DNA from: Candidatus Micrarchaeota archaeon
GTDB taxonomy: Archaea > Micrarchaeota > Micrarchaeia > Anstonellales > Bilamarchaeaceae
Direction: 5' to 3'
DNA length: 64,000 bases
Assembly (NCBI GenBank): GCA_040753215.1
Contig: JBFMEZ010000013.1
Span: 1-64,000, forward strand
Shown here: one piece after another, positions 49,563 to 59,071 of the stretch
How positions within the stretch are numbered: the first letter of the stretch is position 1
Layout: each line of letters opens with the position of its first letter
Translations under genes and position numbers: made by a program
The notes under the pieces: generated by a model
The model's input: the letters and a program-made list of their open reading frames with translations, nothing else
The model's database searches: none
What the model was told of the DNA's origin: nothing

Positions 49563-49668
49563 GGGCCCATAGCTCAGGCTGGTTAGAGCGACGGTCTTAT
49601 ATGGCCTGCTCTAATACAACAGGTTCTAAGACAGCCGTAGGTCTGGAGTTCAAATCTCCATGGGCCCA
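49563..49668 (+). tRNA. tRNA-Ile(TAT) with a 31-nt intron (49602-49632)
   Basis: GGGCCCA/TGGGCCC acceptor, ACGGT-CT-TAT-A..A-GCCGT, BHB helix CTTA/TAAG. Confidence 0.88.
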
Positions 49669-49716
49669 ATCTCATTAATTTTGTTGCCGGTTTCCGGTTT
49701 CCCGTTTCCGGAAACT

Positions 49717-49814
49717 ACGTCTGCAAAATTAGGTTTTTCTATTTCCTTTTTTGGCTTGTTTTTGGGGGGTTTCAAATATCTTGGGTTTTGGGCCCTACGG
49801 TTTTTGAAATCCAT
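49717..49814 (-). pseudogene. Probable truncated gene at the left island edge
   Basis: GAGGTGA RBS then MDFKNRRAQNPRYLKPPK.., running into the heptamer tract and tRNA. Confidence 0.45.
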
Positions 49815-50082
49815 ATGTTTTTCACCTCATTTCTTGATATTTTTTCTTGATGTTTTTATACTTTTAGGGAGCATGTTTCCGATTAACACGCTCCGCTAGG
49901 CACGCCTGTTGCACGAGACGCGTCAGGCAACGGCCGAAAAAGCCTAGCGCGGAGCCGGTTTCACCTTATAACGTTCTGTATCGCTTCGCGATAACTGGCA
50001 GAAACCAGCGGGTTTCCGCCATCCGGTTCCTTGCTTTGGGGCTTATTTCAGCCTCAATCCATTCCAATTTCAAATTTCCTAG

Positions 50083-50445
50083 CTAATCATCGTCATCACC
50101 CCCACTTATCGCGTGTTTGAGCTTGCAAAGCATCGAACGGACACGCACTAGGCAAGACATGAAATTGAGATGCTCCCTCTGCGGGATGATTTTCAGGGAA
50201 TTGCACAAGTCGAGCCAATATTCGGTTTCGTTGGCTTCGCCTATGCAGGTAACCAGCTTCTGGTTCTGTGCCTTCTTGGAATCAATCGCTCCCATCTCCG
50301 CCAGGTTCGCGCAGATGGAAGACGCGGAGGCAAGGAGCTGCTCCTTCGCCCTCCTGCTCATCTGCTTGTCTTCCATAAACTCAAAAATATCTTTTGACAG
50401 GCGGAAAGCCTCCTCATAAACCTTCAAATTCTTGAAGTTCTGCAT
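50083..50445 (-). CDS. Four-helix-bundle protein (23S rRNA IVP/Avd-like family)
   Basis: FKNLKVYEEA, EQL..SASSI.ANLAE, GEANETEYWL. Confidence 0.88.
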   Translation of the reverse strand: MQNFKNLKVYEEAFRLSKDIFEFMEDKQMSRRAKEQLLASASSICANLAEMGAIDSKKAQNQKLVTCIGEANETEYWLDLCNSLKIIPQREHLNFMSCLVRVRSMLCKLKHAISGGDDDD

Positions 50446-50566
50446 AACCTCACCATTTTCCGACTTCGCGGCTCTGCTCGTAGAGCGCCCATTTCCTTTC
50501 ATCAACCTCAATTTTCCCATTTTCTTCCATGTTTTTCACCACTTCCCTTCCCCGGCTTCTCCTTTC

Positions 50567-50855
50567 GGGGAAGTTTTAGAGCGAGCTTCACTCCGAAGCC
50601 CGCGGTTTGACGTTTTACGGGCTGAAAGGAGTGAAGCGAGCAAAACTTTCCCACGTCGCAGAAGCAGAGGTCGCTCGTTCGGTGTGAGCGATTATTCGTT
50701 TAGGCGAAGCCGACCTCGGAGCGAAGGCGAAAATGCACATTAATGGTTTCGGTCATTAGACCGAACCCGAAGGGCTCGACCATTAAGTGCTTTTCGCCGA
50801 AGCGGAGAGGGAAACGATTAATGCGAGCACGCCGGAAGGCGAGAACGAGCGACTA
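50567..50855. other. Non-coding region with nested long hairpins
   Basis: IRs GCTTCACTCC/GGAGTGAAGC, GTCGCTCGTTC/GAACGAGCGAC, TTAATGGT/ACCATTAA and others. Confidence 0.75.
50824..50855 (+). repeat. Module-boundary direct repeat, copy 1
   Basis: CGAGCACGCCGGAAGGCGAGAACGAGCGACTA. Confidence 0.9.
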
Positions 50856-52034
50856 TATCACTGAAAGACCGCCAACAATTCTCTTGGTTAAGTCCGATAT
50901 CCGAGAAAATTCCTTATCAACTATCTGCCCGATGGCTTCCCTAATCGAATTAAAGCATTTTCTGCCCGTGCTTAATGAAATTGTTGCATTTGCAGGCATG
51001 TCAATAGGATGCCCAATTCTTGAAAGCAAATAAACATCTACATTTTCTACAAATGGGAATTCTCTTACAACCCTTTCAGCGATTTCAAATGCAAGAACCG
51101 AGTAGATTTTTCCAGTATGGCTTACCGGATTTTTGCCAGCAGTCGCTTCTAATGTCATCGGCCTGAAAGGAGTAATCAATCCGTTTGCACGGTTCCCTCT
51201 CCCGACCGAGCCATCGTCACCCATCTCCGCACTCGTACCGCTCAAAGTCAGGTATATTGAACCGGCTTCTTCATTATCCGCATTGTTTACCTTTACTCTT
51301 ACATTTCCGATTTCTCTGGTTTCGGCAAAATCTATCACCTCGCGCTCTATGGTCTTTTTGGCTTCTATGTATTCATCCATATTCGTTATATGCCTGGAAA
51401 CAATCGCAATTGCAATAGTAAGCTCTATCCCATCACCGTTTCGCAATCCCATTACCTTTACATCCTCGCCCGCCCAAGGGTATCTCGCCTTAAACTGTTC
51501 CGCGTTCAGATATTTCTCAACTTCCAATACCAGTTTTTCGAGCCTGCTTAGTGGTGCATAGCCAACCCCAAAACTCGTATCATTGGCTAGTGGAATGCCC
51601 GGTCTTCCTGACATCTCATCCCACTTCGGCCAGATCTCAGTGATGGTGGATTGTATCGCTACGCCCTTGGAAAGGTCCAGATGCCTTACGCTCCTTCTGA
51701 TGTGCTCTTCGGTTGCTTCTCTTGCGATTTCTTCCACAGGAACGCCCCCAAATGCCCTCCCGCTTAATACTATCCGAATTGGTTTCGTAAACCGCCCGCC
51801 CCCGAATTCCACTTCCGTTGCACCGCCACATACCAGCCCCTTATCCACATTATGATGCCTTACCCTGCTGAATTTGTTGATGTATGCTTCACTTAGGCGA
51901 CGGCTTACGTTTTCCATTATGCCGTCTATCAGCGTATCTGGATGGCCGATGCCCTTCCGCTCGACCATTTCAACAGGTCGCTTATGTATCGTTGTCCCGC
52001 TGTTCCTTTCAACAATTATACTTCTCACGTGCAT
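50853..52034 (-). CDS. mat: Archaeal-type methionine adenosyltransferase
   Basis: ERKGIGHPD, HHNVDK, ANDTSFGVG, GEDVKVMG, GDDGSVGRGNR, AGKNP. Confidence 0.93.
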   Translation of the reverse strand: MHVRSIIVERNSGTTIHKRPVEMVERKGIGHPDTLIDGIMENVSRRLSEAYINKFSRVRHHNVDKGLVCGGATEVEFGGGRFTKPIRIVLSGRAFGGVPVEEIAREATEEHIRRSVRHLDLSKGVAIQSTITEIWPKWDEMSGRPGIPLANDTSFGVGYAPLSRLEKLVLEVEKYLNAEQFKARYPWAGEDVKVMGLRNGDGIELTIAIAIVSRHITNMDEYIEAKKTIEREVIDFAETREIGNVRVKVNNADNEEAGSIYLTLSGTSAEMGDDGSVGRGNRANGLITPFRPMTLEATAGKNPVSHTGKIYSVLAFEIAERVVREFPFVENVDVYLLSRIGHPIDMPANATISLSTGRKCFNSIREAIGQIVDKEFSRISDLTKRIVGGLSVI

Positions 52035-53017
52035 CCCTCTTCCCGGAAAGGCTCATGGATGACCATGAAGCCTCGGTTAGTGCCAAAGTAAACATTGCAG
52101 CGCATTGTGGCGTCGCCCAATTCCATCGTACGATGAAGCATCCCCCTTTCTATGCGCTCAAAATGCACATACGAACCGGTATGAAATCCTTCATTTTCTA
52201 TATAGAAATTCACAACGACATTGCAGCCCTTATCAAGCAGCTGTTGCACAGCATCCGAAGCTTTCCCTGGGCATGGCCTTCCCATGCAGAAATCGCAGTA
52301 GCAGAGTTCGGCATCATCCGGTTTTCGTGTGGCGCAAGCCAAATCGCTTTGCAGATATACTGCCGTTTCAGGAGCCGCCCCATAGATTCTCTCAATTAGT
52401 TTTAGCCATGCAGCCAGTCTTTTTGTGTATTCCAATACAAGGCCAGCGTTTGGTTTGCTAATGTCCGTAGAATCGACCGAAGCTTCATTATCTGGGCAAA
52501 TCGAGACTACTGATTGGATGCCTCTCCTCTCGGCTACGCCCGCCAAAGTAAGCCCGATGCTTGCCATGGCATTCAGGATTCGCTGATGGTAGAGTGCAAG
52601 GTCAAGCCTGCGAATGCCCGACTCCCTAGTTCCTTCGAAGCCGAGGGCAATGCGTCCTTCATGCTCGCTCAACTGTTGCCCATTTTTCCTTTTTTCTATC
52701 ACGTCCTTATATTTTGAAGCATACTTCCTGAGGCCTGTGGCTATTGCTACCGAAGGATTCCCAATCTGTACCCCAAGTTTTGAGCCGGCGGGAACACGCC
52801 TTAGGAGCGGCTCGAAATCCGTTTCGACCTTCACCTGCAATGGACTCTTGAATTCTACCCCAACTGGATTGCCATGCTGCACAAATGCGGCAGTAAACAG
52901 GCAGGCAAGCATCCTTTCTGGGTTTTTTTCTTCTACCGGCTCCTGTTTGCTGAAATAAAAGGCTTTGATCCTGCCTCTCTCGCACAATTCCCTTGCCTTA
53001 TGCATCGCTTGCATCAT
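52025..53017 (-). CDS. Orphan protein with a CxCxxCx4C motif
   Basis: Operonic overlaps on both sides; GGGGTG RBS before MMQA. Confidence 0.7.
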   Translation of the reverse strand: MMQAMHKARELCERGRIKAFYFSKQEPVEEKNPERMLACLFTAAFVQHGNPVGVEFKSPLQVKVETDFEPLLRRVPAGSKLGVQIGNPSVAIATGLRKYASKYKDVIEKRKNGQQLSEHEGRIALGFEGTRESGIRRLDLALYHQRILNAMASIGLTLAGVAERRGIQSVVSICPDNEASVDSTDISKPNAGLVLEYTKRLAAWLKLIERIYGAAPETAVYLQSDLACATRKPDDAELCYCDFCMGRPCPGKASDAVQQLLDKGCNVVVNFYIENEGFHTGSYVHFERIERGMLHRTMELGDATMRCNVYFGTNRGFMVIHEPFREEGCT

Positions 53018-53996
53018 TAACACCCCGAAGCACTCCATTCTCATCGAAATAGATTCCAGAGCCGCTGTTTACCACCAGCACAGATTTATCCGATGGAATG
53101 GCGGTCTTCCTTGCAGCGGCGAATGCCACAGCAGCACTTGGCTCCGCCTTTATGCCCACTTTCTTCAGCGCAAGATATGCTGGCATGATTTCGTCTTCTT
53201 CAACTACAACCACTTCGCCGAATTCAGGGAGAGTCCTCACTATTCTCTCAAACAATTCGGACCAAGGCGTGACCAGCTTTTCTGCAATTGAGCAGGCACC
53301 TGGAGCCGTATCACCAGCGAATATGTTGGCCCCCACGGTCGCTGCGAACAGCCGCGGCAGATTTTCTCCGGCTCTGTGCAGTTCATCAAGAAGATATAGC
53401 AGAGAATTTACCGCCTCTCCCCCGCCCAGAGGCATGAAAATGGCATCTGGTTTTTCAGCAACAACCTCTTCTGCAAGGTGCATATAGCTAAATGCATAAT
53501 TCTCGGCATCTATGCAATCCCTTTTGTCGTCCTTTATCCCGGTTTTTGCTGCTTCTAAAATTTCCTGCCGTGTGAAAATCTTTTTTTGCAATGGCAATCT
53601 TACAAGAACAGAATGCCTTTCAAGCACTTTCTGTATCCTAAGGTCCAGCTCTTCGTCTATTATGCTTACCGCAAGGACGCCATCTTCCCTGGCAACTTCG
53701 TTGATTTGGTTGTACTCATCCGCCACATTCCCAAGGCTGTGGCCTGCGGTAGTGTAGACTATAGAGTATAGAGCAGGGTTTCTCGCCCCAAAATCATTCA
53801 CCAGCCTTGCACTGCGGTAGTCCTTGAATGTGCCCGAAGAAAAACCGCCCGAGGTCCGAACCGCACTGCAATCTTTTATCAGCAGGTTATTTTTTCCGCA
53901 GAATTCTTCCACACTAGGGTTTCTAAGAACTGGCGCAGGAACTATAACGACTCCTTTTCTCTCCATACGTTTGCTCATCATATCATCAATTATCAC
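52998..53996 (-). CDS. PLP-dependent fold-type II enzyme (threonine synthase-like, divergent)
   Basis: SGTFKD (PLP lysine), PLGGG, AEPSAAVAFAA, NSGSG. Confidence 0.8.
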   Translation of the reverse strand: MIIDDMMSKRMERKGVVIVPAPVLRNPSVEEFCGKNNLLIKDCSAVRTSGGFSSGTFKDYRSARLVNDFGARNPALYSIVYTTAGHSLGNVADEYNQINEVAREDGVLAVSIIDEELDLRIQKVLERHSVLVRLPLQKKIFTRQEILEAAKTGIKDDKRDCIDAENYAFSYMHLAEEVVAEKPDAIFMPLGGGEAVNSLLYLLDELHRAGENLPRLFAATVGANIFAGDTAPGACSIAEKLVTPWSELFERIVRTLPEFGEVVVVEEDEIMPAYLALKKVGIKAEPSAAVAFAAARKTAIPSDKSVLVVNSGSGIYFDENGVLRGVNDASDA

Positions 53997-54077
53997 AAAC
54001 GATTAATATAAAATCTACCATCAATTTTTCTGACAAAAATGGTTAATAATTTAAATTATTACATCTATGTCCTAATA

Positions 54078-55067
54078 ATGCCTTACAAGATTGATAACAT
54101 AGACCGACGAATCCTCTTTGAGCTCGACAAGAATTGCCGGATAAGCGACAACCAGATTGCTAAGCTTGTTGGCAGGAGCAGGGAGTCTGTCGGCTATAGA
54201 ATCAAACAGCTTCAAAAGAAAGGCATACTGCAAGGTTTTCTTACGTCCATAAACCCCAGCAAATATGGCTACATGTTCTTCAAGCTGTATTTTCAGCTTG
54301 CAAACATCCCGAAGGAACGTGAGCGGTTTTTCGAGTATATGAAGAAATTGCCTGGCCTATACTGGATAGGGATTAATGATGGTGTCTGGGACACCCATGC
54401 AACCCTGTATGCCAAGAATGTAAAGGAATTTTATAAGATAAAAAATCAGATTTATTCGGAGTTCAAGGATTTGATAATCAAGCGGGATACCGGAGTTTTG
54501 GTTAATGTAAGGCAGTACAAGAAAAAATACCTCATAGAAGATGGGAGCAAAATACCGGATTATGATTCTTGTGTCATGTTTTCAGATGATATTGTTCCTA
54601 ACGAAATTGACGAGCTTGACAGAAAAATCCTCAATATACTGCTGAACAATGCCAGGATTCCACTTGTGGATCTGGCCAAACAAACCAAATCTACGGTTGA
54701 TGTAGTCCGAAACAGGATGAAGAAGTTGCAGGAAAAGGGAATAATCCTGCAATACAGAATTGCAGTGGACCATTCAAAACTCGGTTATGAATTTTTCAAG
54801 GCTTTTCTGTACTTTAACAACCTTAGCGAAGAAGACGAGCAAAGATTGTTCGAATATGCAAAGGGGCATCCGAGCATCATATATCTCATAAGGCAGGTTT
54901 CAAGCTGGGATGTTGAGCTGGAGATGGTTTGTAAGAGCTACGAAGATTTCACTTCCATCATGAACGATATTCGAAAAAGATTCGCAACCTCTTTGAGAAA
55001 CTATGAATCTGTCTTTATGAAGGAGGATATCTGGGTGTTTGGCGAGAAGGATATTTTTGAAAAATAA
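54078..55067 (+). CDS. Tandem double Lrp/AsnC regulator
   Basis: IDRRILFELDKNCR; LDRKILNILLNNAR. Confidence 0.9.
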   Translation: MPYKIDNIDRRILFELDKNCRISDNQIAKLVGRSRESVGYRIKQLQKKGILQGFLTSINPSKYGYMFFKLYFQLANIPKERERFFEYMKKLPGLYWIGINDGVWDTHATLYAKNVKEFYKIKNQIYSEFKDLIIKRDTGVLVNVRQYKKKYLIEDGSKIPDYDSCVMFSDDIVPNEIDELDRKILNILLNNARIPLVDLAKQTKSTVDVVRNRMKKLQEKGIILQYRIAVDHSKLGYEFFKAFLYFNNLSEEDEQRLFEYAKGHPSIIYLIRQVSSWDVELEMVCKSYEDFTSIMNDIRKRFATSLRNYESVFMKEDIWVFGEKDIFEK

Positions 55068-55070
55068 AAT

Positions 55071-55099
55071 GAGCGCCGGAAGGCGAGAACGAGCGACTA
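55071..55099 (+). repeat. Module-boundary direct repeat, copy 2
   Basis: 26-nt identity CGCCGGAAGGCGAGAACGAGCGACTA with copy 1. Confidence 0.9.
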
Positions 55100-55131
55100 C
55101 AATCGGTTTGACAGAACAATCAGAAAAGTAG

Positions 55132-55788
55132 CTATGGAACAGCTGGGTCAATCAAATTCTTCTGTTCAGGTGTGCCGAGATACTCCTGTTTTGCCTCGTT
55201 ATCAAATTCCGGCCTTATCATTTTTGCACGGAGCTGAGCAGAAAGGGAGAGTTCCCTTTCGGGCTTTATCACTAAGCCCTCCATGGCGGAGTTTCTTCCT
55301 GTGATTGGATCCACTGCGTATGCTGATGTAATAGACATCAGAGGAGAAAGCTCGGACGCGTCACGGAAATTTCCTGATGCAACTATTGGCACCGGGAAGA
55401 AATCTGCCGGAACCGTGTCCGGTACGCACAACAGCCCTTTGCGTATATCGGATGATAGATGCATTCTGCCTTCCGAATCAAGGAAAACCTCTTTTTCCAT
55501 GTCAAAAATGTCAAAAACCGCATATCTGCCCGGGATTCTATAAAAAACTGAACGCATCACGAGCAAATCTTCTGCAAAGACAAGGTATCTGCACCCTGCA
55601 AGGAATGCGCGCGGCTCTCCGTCCATCTTTTCTTCCACAACTACTTTCCTTGCGAAAAGTGCGCGAAGCTGTTCCGGAGTCAGGTGGTTTTTTGTCAGCG
55701 GCATCCCATCTGCAGCGATTCTCCTTGGCTTGAAATACCGCACCTGCGGGAACCTATGGTCGCATAAAATGCCGTTGTCGTTATACAT
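55132..55788 (-). CDS. RNA ligase-like nucleotidyltransferase (adenylation domain only)
   Basis: EEKMDG (motif I), VFDI, EGLVIK, AKMIRPEF. Confidence 0.8.
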   Translation of the reverse strand: MYNDNGILCDHRFPQVRYFKPRRIAADGMPLTKNHLTPEQLRALFARKVVVEEKMDGEPRAFLAGCRYLVFAEDLLVMRSVFYRIPGRYAVFDIFDMEKEVFLDSEGRMHLSSDIRKGLLCVPDTVPADFFPVPIVASGNFRDASELSPLMSITSAYAVDPITGRNSAMEGLVIKPERELSLSAQLRAKMIRPEFDNEAKQEYLGTPEQKNLIDPAVP

Positions 55789-55798
55789 CGCAATCCCT

Positions 55799-56740
55799 TC
55801 ATAGTTCTGGCAGCGAAAGAGTGGGCTCTTCCTTGCTTACACGCTTGGCTGCAGGATAGTAGCGTCTTATGGCCTCCAGAACCATCTTTGTCTGGACAAT
55901 GCGCTCCCTTAACTCTTCTTCAGTAGGCAGATGGTTCTGGTCCTGTTGGGAAACCGGACCGCATTTCAGATAGACTGGAGAAGCAATCCTGATAAACTCC
56001 GGAACCTCGTATGTTCTTATGAAACCTCCTGCCACAAGCGCAGTATCTGTGAATATATCTATCGGACAATCAATTGCAGCCCTTATCGCGCCAAGCATTG
56101 GCAGTTCCAGGTCAGGGACTGGGTTTATTGTATCTGCCCCATTTTGTGCGTATACCGCACAAGAAGCTGGATTGGAGCAGCCACAATGAACCGAGAGCTT
56201 GAAGATTGTGCTAGGAGGGAGTTCTCCATCTTTTCTCATGCGGTTCAGGACATGCAGCAGTCCTTCATCATAAACAAGGATGCCCCTTACTCCCAGCCCG
56301 ATGACCCTTTTCACGTCTTCTACGGCCCTTACGAGATTTTCCATTCCCCTAAGCCTATACCCTATTCTTGAGCCGTTGGGCGTTTTTGCGAAGGCGCTGG
56401 TGTCATAAAGAGCCCTCGGGCCAACGGACATCACGAGGCCGATCCTGTTTTCCCTGCACAGCTTTGCCATTTCTAAGATTTCCTTGTCCGTAAGCCGGAA
56501 TATTCCTCTGCACTCATCAAACCTGTCCGCAGAAATGCCCTGCTCACCGAGCAATCGGAATGCCCTCTTCATAATCCTGAGATTGTTCATGCTGGAAAGT
56601 TCTATCCCATACTGCCCGCCCCTGGAAAATGCCTTCCTGGAAGGGGGCAGCCCGTAAAGGTCGGAAGGCGGCAGGCCCAATTTCCGCAGGTATCGCCGGG
56701 TATCCCTGCCCACCAGAAGTGCAACAGAACTCTTCGTCAT
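55799..56740 (-). CDS. Peptidase U32-like TIM-barrel protein
   Basis: GPRA.YD, GVRGILVYDEGLL, K.SVH.G.SNP, IASPVYLK. Confidence 0.7.
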   Translation of the reverse strand: MTKSSVALLVGRDTRRYLRKLGLPPSDLYGLPPSRKAFSRGGQYGIELSSMNNLRIMKRAFRLLGEQGISADRFDECRGIFRLTDKEILEMAKLCRENRIGLVMSVGPRALYDTSAFAKTPNGSRIGYRLRGMENLVRAVEDVKRVIGLGVRGILVYDEGLLHVLNRMRKDGELPPSTIFKLSVHCGCSNPASCAVYAQNGADTINPVPDLELPMLGAIRAAIDCPIDIFTDTALVAGGFIRTYEVPEFIRIASPVYLKCGPVSQQDQNHLPTEEELRERIVQTKMVLEAIRRYYPAAKRVSKEEPTLSLPEL

Positions 56741-58239
56741 CTCGCCACCATCCCGATTCTTTCCCTGTTAAATTTTCCCTTCAGGAAATATTTCGCAAAG
56801 ATGCGGAAATAGAACGCGTCCTCCTTCGTCCGTATTGAGAATTCAGGATACGCAGACCTTATATCTGAAAACTCTCCATCCGAAAGCCTGCTGACCAATT
56901 TCGCATATTCATCCTGCTCAAATTCCCTTCTCCTGCCTGCACCGACCGGAAAGGGGCACTTCTCCCTGCCTATAACGAACTCCGGGACTTCACTCCTGAA
57001 TGCTTCCCTCAAAATCCATTTCGTAGTGTTGTTGTGCACTTTCAGAGAAGGGGGCAAGCCCATGGCATACTCAACCAGCTCTTTATCCAAAAATGGAACC
57101 CTCACCTCGACCCCGTGCGCCATGGACATCCTGTCCACCCTCTGCAGCTGCGTCCTATGGAGAAGGCGCAGATATTCCATCAGCCTGGCCTGCAACTCAG
57201 CTTCGCTCCGGATTTGCCTGAACTCAGAATAGCCTCCAAATATCTCATCCGCACCTTCTCCAGAGAGGGCGACCTTTATCCCGCAATCGTGGACCATCTT
57301 TGCAAGATAATAAGATAATCCAAGCGTATTGACCTGGTTTGGCTCAAAGGTTTCACCAAAATAGATGAACATTTCAAGCTCTTTTTCAACATCAATCATC
57401 TTCGGATCAAATACCTTCAACTCAACCCCGAAATATTCCGCAACTCTCCTTGCATATGACAAATCTTCTGAGCCATTCCCGCCAACGCAGAAAGCCGTAA
57501 CATCCTGATGGCATTCCAGTGCGTATTTCAATACAAGCGTGCTGTCAACCCCTCCGCTAACCAAAACCGCAACAGGCAGGTCGATCTGAACCCTTTTTCT
57601 GACCGCTTCGCGGAAAAGGGTCCTGAGCCGCTTTTTGATTTCCCCAGGCTCTTCCGGAGGCTTGCTGCCTTGCATCCGGAAATACCTGTGTATTTTCCCA
57701 TCGAGAAAGCAGGCGCCTGGCTCCAGAACCTTTATCTCTTCTGCATTGAGATGCGCCAGCGCCTTCATCTCAGAGGCAAAAGCCATGCAGCCATCCATTT
57801 CAGCGTAGTGGAACGGCTTTATCCCGAACGGGTCCCTTGCCGCAAGGATTACATCTTTCCTGGAGTCGTAGATGATGAAGGCAAACTGCCCATCCAGCTT
57901 CTGAAGCAGATCCGGCCCCCATTCTTCATATCCATGCACCAGCACTTCAGTATCCGAGTCGGTCCTGAATCCATGGTTCCCCAGCAAGCTTCTAAGCTCT
58001 CCATGATTGTAGATTTCCCCGTTGAAAACAACGAAAATAGAATTGTCTTCATTCGGCATTGGCTGCCTCGCGTTTTCCCTATCCACTATCGCAAGCCTAT
58101 GGGCGCCCAGAAGGCAATTCTTCAGCATCCTGCACTCATTCTTCTTATCGCCCCTGTGCTCCATCGCGCCCAGCATGCTGGCTAGCAGCTCTCTCTTTTG
58201 CATTGCTTTATGGCCACATACTGCAGCTATCCCGCACAT
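56737..58239 (-). CDS. asnB: Asparagine synthetase B-family amidotransferase
   Basis: MCGI, HRG, RLAIVD, NGEIYN, SGGVDS, GEGADE, EVRVPFLD. Confidence 0.9.
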   Translation of the reverse strand: MCGIAAVCGHKAMQKRELLASMLGAMEHRGDKKNECRMLKNCLLGAHRLAIVDRENARQPMPNEDNSIFVVFNGEIYNHGELRSLLGNHGFRTDSDTEVLVHGYEEWGPDLLQKLDGQFAFIIYDSRKDVILAARDPFGIKPFHYAEMDGCMAFASEMKALAHLNAEEIKVLEPGACFLDGKIHRYFRMQGSKPPEEPGEIKKRLRTLFREAVRKRVQIDLPVAVLVSGGVDSTLVLKYALECHQDVTAFCVGGNGSEDLSYARRVAEYFGVELKVFDPKMIDVEKELEMFIYFGETFEPNQVNTLGLSYYLAKMVHDCGIKVALSGEGADEIFGGYSEFRQIRSEAELQARLMEYLRLLHRTQLQRVDRMSMAHGVEVRVPFLDKELVEYAMGLPPSLKVHNNTTKWILREAFRSEVPEFVIGREKCPFPVGAGRRREFEQDEYAKLVSRLSDGEFSDIRSAYPEFSIRTKEDAFYFRIFAKYFLKGKFNRERIGMVAR

Positions 58240-58340
58240 TTTACCACTATTAATAAACATCCAGAGCTTATTTTATGCTTTATCCTCCCAAAAGAGACTA
58301 TTAAGCAAACAATTAAATACCCGGAAAGGGAAAACAAACC

Positions 58341-59069
58341 ATGGACATTTCGATAATGGAAGACCTCGGGCTTACGCAGGCGGAAATCAAGGTGTATATG
58401 GCACTACTGGAGCTTGGAAGCACGACCGCAGGAAAGGTGGTGGAGCGCTCAGGGCTCCAGAACTCGGTCGTGCACAGGGCACTGAACTCCCTTATAGAAA
58501 GGGGGCTGATAAATTACATACTCGAAGGAAGAAGGAGGACCTACCAGGCCACTGACCCAAAGAACTTCTTCAATTTCATAGAAGACAAGAAGAAGAGGTT
58601 TGAGCAGGTACTGCCCGAATTGAAAAAGAAACAGCAGCTGGCAGGGAAAAAGGAAGTTGCGACCGTATATAAGGGGCCGAGGGGGCTAAAGGAGGTCTAC
58701 AATACGATAATCGGCAGCAAGGCGAAAGAATACCTCACTTTTGGGGGAGGGAAGCCATGCGAGGATTTGCTTGGGACTGCGTGGTGGCTGAACATGCATA
58801 AGAGAAGGGTTGCGAACGGGCTTCCCGCCCGGCAGATTTACGATGAGACGGTGAGGGAAATAGGAAAGGAGGTAAATAAGATGCCGTTGTCCGAAGTGCG
58901 CTTTGTTTCCAAGGAATTCGCGCAGCTGCAGGAAACGGTAATCGCAGGGGATTACGTGGCGATTAATGTGTTCACCGAGAGCCCCTATGGCTTCCTTATA
59001 AGGGACAGGATAGTGGCAGATGGGTACAGGAAGCATTTTGAGCTTCTTTGGAAGCTGGCAAAGAAATAA
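58341..59069 (+). CDS. TrmB-family regulator
   Basis: LGLTQAEIKVYMALLELG, L.ERGLI, YKG.RG, FELLW. Confidence 0.9.
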   Translation: MDISIMEDLGLTQAEIKVYMALLELGSTTAGKVVERSGLQNSVVHRALNSLIERGLINYILEGRRRTYQATDPKNFFNFIEDKKKRFEQVLPELKKKQQLAGKKEVATVYKGPRGLKEVYNTIIGSKAKEYLTFGGGKPCEDLLGTAWWLNMHKRRVANGLPARQIYDETVREIGKEVNKMPLSEVRFVSKEFAQLQETVIAGDYVAINVFTESPYGFLIRDRIVADGYRKHFELLWKLAKK

Positions 59070-59071
59070 AA

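Noticed and set aside
50083..50445. Diversity-generating retroelement (Avd-like gene)
   Set aside because: No reverse transcriptase and no TR/VR pair seen in the window
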